This document shows, piece after piece, positions 54,072 through 64,000 of a stretch of DNA of 64,000 nucleotides (positions are counted from its first letter, which is position 1; each line of letters begins with the position of its first letter). Where the stretch lies: NCBI GenBank assembly GCA_964016885.1, contig OZ024741.1, positions 172,174,001-172,238,000 on the forward strand, given 5' to 3'. Under the pieces are notes generated by a model. That model was given only the letters and a program-made list of their open reading frames with translations. It was not told where the DNA came from and did not search any database. This DNA comes from Eledone cirrhosa. Its lineage: Eukaryota. Made by a program: the position numbers and the translations under genes.

Positions 54072-57000
54072 ATATCTCTTTCTCTTAATTTCGAGTATAT
54101 TTTTGTGTCCGGCCACCTTCCTGGTGGCAAGGTTGTAAAAGAAAAGAAATTGTCATCCCTTGAATCGCAAGAATGTTTTGCAAATTTTGAAGGTGCCAGC
54201 TATCGCAGCCATTTGTAGACTATGAATTAGGGAGCTGCGCTTTTTGTCCGCAAATCCAAGTTCAGTCATACTTTGGTCCAAGCGGGTTGGTATATAACCC
54301 GTAGCTCCAATAATGATGGGTATGAAGCTAAAGGTGTATCTTGGATATTGGATTTGTAAACTCCTCATCAATGGTCCGTAGATGTCCTCCTTCTCCTGTA
54401 TTTTTCTGACAACGTTTACACAAGTGGGCAGCTGATCTCCACAACAGAACACGTTTTCAATGTGTGGTCCCAAACAACAATATCAAGCCGGTTGTGCTTT
54501 AATTTGGTGGCAGTTTTTATTTTCAGGTTCCACCAGTATTCCTTAGTGCCATCTGTCTCAATATAGTCTTCCTCGTTTGTTGTTAATTTTGTTTTCCGAA
54601 GTGCGGTCCAGATGGTTCTAGCTATCCCATCGTGTCTTCTGGGGAGGTAGTAGCGAGATGACATTCTTTCGCAGCTGGCAACAATGTGGCTTACATCCTT
54701 GATCTTTGTTTTACATAGCCTACATTTATAGTCTGCTGCTGGCCCTCCCCTTTTGTGCAGCAGATATTTGGTAGGGAGTTCTTGTTCCTGTATTGCATAG
54801 AGATATCCCTCAAGGTGTGATGTCATAAACTTGTCGGAACTCCATGCCAGGCTTTTTGAGTGGTTTATCCCCTCTATGGTCTGTGTTTTACGTCTCAAGT
54901 ATCCATGCACAACTTTTTCTGTAAATTGGTCAATTTGTTTATCTTGTTTGAACATTGAATAGGATCTTCCGATTTCTATGGATGAGAGATTTATATCAGG
55001 CTTTATTCCATATCTCTCCTCCAGTTCAGTCGCTATTCTAATGATATTTTTTTTTGATGCTCATAAACCTGGGCAAGATGGTTGCCAACCTTTTTCCTCT
55101 GTTGAAGGTGTTGCTTCAGTGTTACTCTCCGGGTCTCATATGTTGTTAATATTGATTTTAGACCCCGGCCACCTTCCTTGCGTGAGAAGTATAGACTATC
55201 CACATCACCATTGATGTTAATGTTCCCAGTAACACCGAGAAGTTTGCGAGTTCTAACATCCATCTCACTTAGTTCTTGCAATAACCAGTTCAGCAGGCCA
55301 AATGTTGGCGTTAGAATTGGCACAGCATAAGTATTGTGGGCAATGTATTTGTTGTACGCTGGCAGTTCTGATGACCATATTTTCTTTACTCTTCTGAGTT
55401 ATTCAGTTCTGGTTCTCTCCTTATTTATGGGTCCATCATATTTGACATTCTCATCCTGTCCAAGATATCTGTAGTTGTCACCTGACTGTAGAGGTTGTAT
55501 TGTCAGGCCGTTCATCTCTAGATTTCTAGAGGAGGGCACAGCTCTTCCACGTTTTACTGCCAAATATGCACACTTGGACTCACCAAATTTCATTTTGATG
55601 TCGGTTGAAAATTGTGTAATGAGGTCCAATTGTTTTTTGATGTCATTGATATTTGGCCCATACAACTTCAGGTCATCAACAAAGAAAAGATGGGAGATAC
55701 TTCTGGACCCACTTCTTTGTCCACCTTGTTTCCTGAGTAGGTAAGATAGTGGATTCAGTGAGAGAACGAAGAGTAGCACTGACAAGCTATCACCTTGAAA
55801 GATGCCCTTCTGGTAATGTATCCTATCAGTCTTAACTTGCTCCTTCTCACCTCTAAGGATAAAATTGGTGTACCAGTTCAACAGCAGCTATCAATGGTTG
55901 TGGGACTTTGGCTAACTGTAAAGCCTTAATAATCCACCCATGAGGTACACTATCAAATGCTTTTTGATAGTCCAGCCACACCACAGTCATGTTTCTTCGA
56001 TTCTTTGTTGTTTTTTCCTGAATCATTTTATTAGTTAGTAGGTGATCTATGCAACCCCACACCTCCCTCTTTCCACCAGCTTGCTCAGGTGTTATGATGT
56101 TGTTGGTAGCACAGTAATCCTGTAAGAACAGGTTAAGGCACCCAGTATATAATTTATACATGATGTTTTGGCAGGCTATTGGGCGGTAATTTTTAGCAAG
56201 GGTGGTTTGGCTATTTTGGGGAATGAGGAGAGTAGTGGCAGTTGATAACCATCTGGGCAGTTCTTGTGTGCCTTTAATGGTTTCTGTAAACAGCCGTATG
56301 AGATCTTGCCGATAGAAAGTGAAATTCTTCAACCAGTATCCTGTAATGAGGTCTGGGCCTGGCGATTTCCTATTCGACATTTTCTGTAGAGCTGTTTCCA
56401 GTATTAACCCATCTATGTCATATTGTTTTGTCTGGACATGCTGGCAGTAGACCTGTTCCATTTCTTTTAGCCAATTAGTTTGTCTGTTGAATCCGTCATC
56501 CGTTTCCCATACAGATCTCCAGTAGCTCTCAACCTGTTCTTTTGAACGGGTGTCATTTACAGGGATTGAGCTTTTGCCACTGAAGCTGCGATAAACTGAT
56601 TTAGGATCTCTGGCAAACAATCTAATTAGCACTTGTCGATTATGTGCTGTTGACTTATATTTTAGTCTTTCTGTTGTAGCTCTGAATTTCATCTGGTGTA
56701 ATTTGCAATTCAAAGTTTTAAATTTTGTATCTCCAAATCGTCTCTCTAACTTTTTTTTTAGGTCTTCCTGGTGTCGTGTGAAGTTGCTCTCTATCTTGCA
56801 TTTCATAACGACTGCGATGTGTGAGATACTTCGTCTCAGGGACAACATTTTGGTTTTTAAATTTCGCATCCACGCTGGTTCAGGCTTTCTGTTTGTGTCT
56901 TGATTGCGTGGTTTTAGATGTGTGTTATATGATAGCAATGTGACAGATGAAACATATATAAGAATATTAAGCGTTTCAAATGTCGTTTCTACACCTTTAG

Positions 57001-58255
57001 ATCGTATAGCCTTCAGATAATTGCCAGCTATTTCGTTCACCGCTTCCAATTCCAATTTAGTGGGTTCTTTACTGATTCTGGTGTTGTATGGTCTGTCACT
57101 CACATTAAGGCTGTGTATCTCTTGAAACATATCGTTCCATATCACTTGTAAGGTGTCCACAAGTTTTTAGTGTTCTGTTTGTTCAGTAGAGTCATGAATT
57201 TCAGCCTCGTTGTTGATGTGGTGACAATTACTACTAGAGTTAGCTGACCTTTCTCGCTGTTCTTCAGTGGAAGTGGGATGGATTTCAGCAAAATTGTTGG
57301 TGAGCTGTTCACTGTTAGATTTAGCTGGCCATTCTTTTTGTCTGTCAGTGGAGGTGGGGTGGTTGTCTACAAGGGCTGTATTTGTAGTATCACTCAATTC
57401 CGTTAGATGTATCAATTTACATCTAATGATACGTTTTGCCTGTTCATTTAAATGCTTTGGAGAAAAGTCTAATTCTGGGTGTTTGGAGTTCTATAAAGTT
57501 TTTAGCCTTTGCATAAAACCGAACTTTTGGGGTTCAGATTGTTTGTATGCTTCATATAATACTTTGTTAAGCTCGTAGCTCCACTGTATACAACGGTTAA
57601 AGTTGCGATTTGGTCGACGGAGACTTGTACTTTTTGCCATGATGAGTTCGTCTATTCACTAATATTTCGTATATATTTTTCAAAATAGTCGATGATCTTC
57701 TTTAAAAGTTTCGACAAAGTTCTGTCAGAATCAAATTTAAAGTTATTCACAGCTTGGGTAATATTTCTTTTCAGTTGGATTTTAATTCTACAACTGTGTT
57801 TTAAACGTTGTTCTTGAATCGTTTGAATCGAGAACAAAAATAACCGTTACTTAGTATATTTCTTTATAAATGTAATATAATATAACAACGCTGTATTTAT
57901 ATGTTAAAGTTTATGTATCATTCATATAAATAGGTGTTCTACAACTTATTCACAACATATTCACAGTTCAAACACTTATATTTTTGTTTCTGAATCGAAA
58001 ACGTTACTTGTATATTTCTTTATAAATGTAATATAACAACGTTGCAGTTATATGTTAAAGTGTATGTATCGTTCATATAAATAGGTCTTTTACAACACAC
58101 TTACAGTTCAAACACTTATGTAGAATTATTGTATGTAATCTTACCGCGTAATGTAGCTCAACTTTTTCCAATATATGGTATGTTGCCTTCATGTAAGCCG
58201 TAATTACACACGTCCGATTATCGGGCACTGACCACAACGGTCGCCATTGTACGTG
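54072..58255 (-). mobile_element. Full-length but decayed R4/Dong-type RLE element flanked by (TATG)n
   Basis: ATG at 57640 (MAKSTSL..QWSYELN, homologous to the 11941 N-terminus), KSPGPD, NYRPIAC, WLDYQKAFD, GIFQGDSLS, LFFVDD, CRLC..HIVASC, HNRLDIVVWD..VEISCP; stop at 54153; many frameshifts; ~160 bp tandem duplication at 57845-58120 upstream. Confidence 0.9.
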
Positions 58256-58490
58256 CATGTATGTATAATGTATGTATGTATGTATGTATGTATGTATGTA
58301 TGTATGTATGTATGTATGTATGTATGTATGTATGTATATATGTATGTATGCATGTATGTATGATGGATGTATGTATGTATGTATGTATGTATGTATGTAT
58401 GTATGCATGTATGTGTGTATGTATGATGTATGTATGTAAGTATGTATGTATGTATGTATGTATGTATGTATGTATGTATGTATGTGTGTA

Positions 58491-59063
58491 TCCCAGTACA
58501 ACCTGTCTCATGGTCGGGTCGTTGGCGACTAAGCTGGCAACCCCACCAAGGTTTCTTGGTGAGGGGGGTGACTTTGGACATCCTGCAGGATAAAAAAAAA
58601 AACCTGTCAAAGGACAAAGGAACTCTTAAGAGTCAATGGCCATCCAAAATCACCGGGAGAGATGACCCCTTAGCCTTTGTCAAGGCAGAATTCTAGGAGA
58701 AGGAAAACTCTGATATAACACCTGCAACCCTGATGGTATCCAATGATGTTGACTTGTTCTTCTTTTTGGTAAATATCATCTTGGTTAAGAGAGTGGGACT
58801 GGCTTTGTGCAGCGCCTTTGCTCACTATAAAAGCTTCACGGCACAGGCATTGCTTTATATCTGGAGATCTCTCTGCACTTGTCATCACAGGGTACAATGG
58901 GCCCAGCACTGTGTGTCAGTAATTGTCACAAGTGTAGTGTTTGTACCAGAGTTTTCTAGTCGCTGGCTGGACTAAAAAGTCACACTTGTTCAGCGCATCG
59001 GTAGGGGTTCTCCTACATGGATATAAATTAGTGGCCATACTCGAAAACGAGTTGGCAGCCACC
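58491..59063 (+). mobile_element. Bipartite RTE-derived non-autonomous element, copy 1
   Basis: RTE-like 5' UTR (GGCGACTAAGCTGGCAACCCC..GGAGAAGGAAAACTCTGAT) joined to an RTE 3' end with C2H2 finger remnant and (ATGT)n tail. Confidence 0.75.
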
Positions 59064-59370
59064 ATGTATGTATGCATGTATGTATGTATGTATGTATGTA
59101 TGTATGTATGTATGTATGTATGCATGTATGTATGTATGTATGATGTATGTATGTATGATGTATGTATGTATGTATGTATGTATGATGTATGTATGTATGT
59201 ATGTATGCATGTATGTAAGTATGATGTATGTATATATGTATGATGTATGTATGTATGTATGATGTATGTATGTATGTATGTGTGTATGTATGTATGTATG
59301 TATGTATGTATGTATGTATGTATGTATGTATGTATGTATGTATGTATGTATGTATGTATGTATGTATGTA

Positions 59371-59942
59371 TCCCAGTACAACCTGTCTCATGGTCGGGTC
59401 GTTGGCGAGTAAACTGGCAACCCCACCAAGGTTTCCGGGTGAGGAAGGTGACTTTGGACATCCTGCAGGACTAAAAACAAAACCTGTCAAAGAGCAAAGG
59501 AGCTCTTAAGAGTCAATGGCCATCCAAAATCACCAGGAGAGATGACCCCTTAGCCTTTGTCAAGCAGAATTCTAGGAGAAGGAAAACTCTGATATAACAC
59601 CTGCAACCCTGATGTTATCCAATGATGTTGACTTGTTCTTCTTTTTGGTAAATATCATCTTGGTTAAGAGAGTGGGACTGGCTTTGTGCAGTGCCTTTGC
59701 TCACTATAAAAGCTTCACGGAACAGGCATTGCTTTATATCTGGAGATCTCTCTGCACTTGTCGTCACATGGTACCATTGGCCCAGCACTATGTGTCAATA
59801 ATTGTCACAAGTGTGGTGTTTGTACCAGAGTTTTCAAGTCGCTGGCTGGACTTAAAAGTCACACTCGTTCAGCGCATCTGTAGGGGTTCTCCTATATGGA
59901 TATAAAGTAGTGGCCATACTCGAAAACGAGTTGGCAGCCACC
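59371..59942 (+). mobile_element. Bipartite RTE-derived non-autonomous element, copy 2 (880 bp period)
   Basis: Highly similar to copy 1; 59806-59883 translates [25 protein letters not shown]. Confidence 0.78.
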
Positions 59943-61080
59943 ATGTATGTATGTATGCATGTATGTATGTATGATGTATGTATGTATGTATGCATGTATG
60001 TATGTATGATGTATGTATGTATGATGTATGTATGTATGTATGTATGTATGTATGTATGTATGTATGTATGTATATATGCATGCATGTATGATGTATGTAT
60101 TTATGTATATATGTATGTATGTATGATGCATGTATGTATGCATGTATGTATGATGTATGTATGTATGCATGTATGATGTATGTATGTTTGTATGATGTAT
60201 GTATGTATGTATGTATCTATGATGTATGTATGTATGTATGTATGTATGTATGTATGTATGTATGTATGTATGTATGTATGCATGCATGTATGATGTATGT
60301 ATTTATATATGTATGTATGTATGATGTATGTATGTATGCATGTATGTATGATGTATGTATGTATGCATGTATGTATGTATGATGTATGTATGTTTGTATG
60401 TATGTATTTATGTATGTATGTATGTATGTATCTATGATGTATGTATGTATGTATGCATGTATGTATGTATGATGTATGTATGTATGTATGTACGAATGTA
60501 TATATGTATTTATGTATTTATGTATATATGTATATCCTTTTCACCATAAGATTCCAAGTTCCAAAGAATACCGTACTGCTTATAGCAGCGTCAGATATTG
60601 GTAAATGTCTCCCGAAAGTCTGGGAGAATATTAAGAGATCTATGCTGGTATTTAACTTATTTTCCTGTTAGGAAGAAAATAAGACATACTCCGGTATTTC
60701 TAGAGAGGTGTTGATCTACTTTATAAAACATATCCAACGTAAAAAGATATCGTTGTCTGCTTAAGAAATTTTCTATGCAATTACGTGGGTCCGTGTTCAA
60801 TTGCATTGGCGACGATTTGAATAAATGTATTTTTCTTAAAGCTTCAAGTTAACCAATACAGTGCAAAAACTCGTAGTTTCAATATGGTTATCTCTCCTCA
60901 TCCTCTCTGTCCCACTCCTGCTCTCATCTCTTTCTCTCTCTCTTTCTCTTTGCCTCGCATGTATATATATATATATATATATTAATTTCATTTGTACCGT
61001 TTCCTCTCACCCCCTTTTTTCTATATGTCTCTCCACCACTCCCCTACACACCCTTGGAACGCTCTTCCCACACACTTTTC

Positions 61081-61112
61081 ACCTGAAGAAGGGCTTAAGC
61101 CCGAAATGTCGT
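61081..61112 (+). ncRNA. Minimal hammerhead in a C-rich solo pseudo-LTR (about 60985-61200)
   Basis: AC CTGAAGA A GGGC TTAA GCCC GAAA T GTC GT; AATAAA downstream; (TA)n flanks. Confidence 0.75.
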
Positions 61113-61198
61113 TCCCCACCACCAACCCACTCTCAAGAGCGTGAAACTAATAAAACTTTGTTCGTACTGCCTCTCTGTTTTGTTCCCGTTCAATTTTT

Positions 61199-61282
<84 letters not shown>

Positions 61283-61286
61283 TACC

Positions 61287-61374
61287 TCTACAGGACTAGA
61301 ACCGTTTCATTCGAAGGAAATCATCAGGGCTTTCCTGGTGATTTCCTCCCAATGAACCAGTTCTAGTCCTGTAG
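61287..61374. repeat. Fold-back of two HHR-like arms
   Basis: CTACAGGACTAGAAC..GTTCTAGTCCTGTAG; the minus arm reads CTGATGA TTTCCTTCGAAT GAAACGGTT and the plus arm is degenerate. Confidence 0.75.
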
Positions 61375-61481
61375 AAGCCATTTCTATATTAAATATTTAT
61401 ACTCTGCCATGTATTGAGTACATTAATTACTGTGGTTACCCCCCGATTGAACCCGGGATACACACACACACACACACACAC

Positions 61482-62122
61482 GTGTCTGTCAGAATGTCTG
61501 TCTGTCTGTCAGTCTATCTGTCTGTCTGACTCCCTAAACCTCGAGAACCACCAAACCGATTGTTTTCAAACTTTACACATGTAATACTTATGGTCCTGTG
61601 AGTGTTTTGCGTAAATAATATTTCAATTTTTCAATGCGCTAGGGACCGTATTAGGTGATTTAGCAATCTCTCTATATAATTCTTAGTCTTTCTTTTTAGA
61701 TAGATACATAGATATAACGTTGTGCCCTTATAATTGTTTCTACTTTAGGCACAAGGCCAGCAATTACCCAGTGCATTACTGGTACTTTATTTTATCGACC
61801 CCGTAAGGATGAAAGGCAAAGTCAACCGCGGCGGGATTTGAACTCAGATCGTAAAGGGACGTAACTATGCTGGAAAACATGGCGTCCGACCCTCTACCGA
61901 TACTGCCAATCCACCACCCTTGTGCCCTTATAATATCTGTCTGTATGTCTGACCGTCTGCATTACGACATTATGACGTCGCTGTATGTGTGTGTGTGTAT
62001 ATGTATACATAGTGTATGTATATATACATATACACTGCATTACGACATTGTGACGCTATGTGTGTATGTGTGTGTATATATATATATAGTGTATATATAT
62101 ATAGTGTATATATATATATATA

Positions 62123-62201
<79 letters not shown>

Positions 62202-62509
62202 GTAACGTTATATATATATATATATATTGTGTAACGTTTTTCGAAATATTTATATATTGGTGTACATATCGCATACACAATAACAAAATATATACAAATG
62301 TATTTATTTCGAGATAAAGTATTGATTTTCTTCGCACGGAAAAAAACCCTGGTAATCTACGACAAAATGTAGCACAAAATGTAGACACAAAATGTAGACA
62401 CCATACCGAGGCCGTGGTATTCCGTACTTCTCTGTACTCTTTCAGAAAGGAGGGATAAACATGCCAATCTATCTTTAGAATCCCGAGCAACGCCGGTCCA
62501 TTCTGCTAG
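61482..62509 (+). mobile_element. Probable non-autonomous Helitron, interrupted by a SINE and microsatellites
   Basis: (TGTC)n plus AAACCGATT..CAAACTT near the 5' end; 3' hairpin CCGAGCAACGCCGG then CTAG-T at 62506-62510. Confidence 0.55.
61732..61920 (-). mobile_element. Octopod-like SINE
   Basis: Full reverse complement copy; TTGTGCCCTTATAAT is repeated on both sides (61719-61734 and 61920-61934), TSD-like. Confidence 0.88.
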
Positions 62510-62754
62510 TATTTTCTAAAATATACAGTGACTGATCGGCTGATTTGCATATTAGCAGACTGGCTGATCTGTCAGATCTGCACATTAGCAGATCCACATG
62601 TCTATTGACTTGGCTTTAAAAATGAGGCTCGTTTGCATAATTGCAAACGAATCGAATATTATTATTAATATTCGAAAAATTCAGATTACATTTATTGTAT
62701 TACATGTAGAGCGAAGCAATTATATATATAGTAATAATATATATATATATATAT

Positions 62755-63958
62755 AATTGTTTCTACTTACTATTGGCACAAGGCCAGCAATGACACAGTA
62801 CATTACTGGTACTTTATTTTATCGACCCCGTAAGAATGAAAGGCAAAGTTAACATCGGCGGGACTTGAACTCAGAATGACAAGGGCCGTAACTCTATGCG
62901 TCAAAACCTGGTGTCCGACCCTCTACCGATACTGCCAATTCACCATGGCAAAGCCGGCCATTCATCGCTGGTATACAGGAAACTGACTGGCCAGTCTGCT
63001 GATATGCAAATCTGGCTGATCAGTATCTCACTCAATGAATCTGGCGAAGAATTGCAGTTATACACCTGCAATCAACTGTTCAGAGTGCAAACATTTAGTT
63101 TACTGTAGATAGTTGGCTGTTTTCAGATAAAGGTGGATGTAAATATTTCCCTCCTGGATGATTGTTTCTTTGTGATATAACTTTACAAATGCAGATTTTA
63201 CTTCTGTAATGTTCAGAAAATCACGCAAAATCAGCAGATATTTACCTAATCGGGCTATTACACGTCTTCAGCAGGATGACCCAATATTATGCGATAGTTC
63301 CGTGCAGTGTCAGCCAGCTTTCACTACTGGATAAGATATCTAGCAGTTCATGCTAGTACCCCATTCTGCCTCTAATGAAAAGAGGAAGAATTTCTTGCAG
63401 ATAACACTTGATTTTGGTAGTTGAATTCAAACAAAGGAATTCGCGCCAAACTGAAGAACTCAACGGGCTTCATTCATATGTGCATACATAGATAACTGTT
63501 TCTACTTTAGGCACAAGGCCAGCAATTATCCAGTGCATTACTGGTACTTTATTTTATCGACCCCGTAAGGATGAAAGGCAAAGTCAACCTCGGCGGGATT
63601 TGAACTCAGATTGTAAAGGGACGTAACTATGCTGGAAAGCATGGTGTCTGACCCTCTACCGAACGAGGTTTATAGATATATACACATATACTAGCAAATA
63701 AAGTCTGATTTATTGTACAAAGTCAAATATTCAATACTCAAAATTTAATTTTAGGAAACATAAACAAGAAATATTATGTTGGCAGTATCGGTAGAGGATC
63801 GGACGTCATGCGTTGACGCATAGAGTTACGGCCCTTGCCATTCTGAGTTCAAATCCCGTTGAGGTCAACTTTGTCTTTCATCCTTACGGGGGTCGATAAA
63901 ATAAAGTACCAGTAATTCACTGGGTAATTGCTGGCCTTGTGCCAAAAGTAGAAACAAT
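62755..63958. mobile_element. Cluster of three octopod-like SINEs (62755-62945 -, 63495-63662 -, 63780-63958 +)
   Basis: All align to 38845-39018. Confidence 0.88.
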
Positions 63959-63962
63959 GATG

Positions 63963-64000
<38 letters not shown>

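Noticed and set aside
58258-60520. CRISPR-like repeat/spacer appearance
   Set aside because: The repeats are microsatellite, the two unique units are copies of each other, the context is eukaryotic and there are no cas genes.

Overview
Eukaryotic, AT-rich, microsatellite-saturated genomic DNA made almost entirely of transposable elements. The two abundant SINE families resemble octopod cephalopod SINEs as I recall them, so the taxon is an inference. I cannot support a host gene; most ORFs in the track are microsatellite read-throughs. The window holds at least six Penelope-like retroelements (PLEs) or fragments from several clades (Neptune-like, Hydra-like, Poseidon/Nematis-like), mostly sitting in (TA)n, and about 15 hammerhead-ribozyme (HHR) motifs in pseudo-LTRs, two with long stem-II inserts. 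There are three R4/Dong-type RLE non-LTR elements with (TAA)n or (CATA)n tails, several RTE fragments, a tandem bipartite RTE-derived non-autonomous element, SINEs, MITEs, a probable Helitron and about 12 fold-back palindromes. The strongest novelty lead is the PLE at 35030-37415: both in-frame stops in its linker/endonuclease are TGA at positions where Cys is expected, suggesting selenocysteine recoding in a C-terminal-endonuclease PLE. Coordinates were read by eye and element boundaries are approximate.
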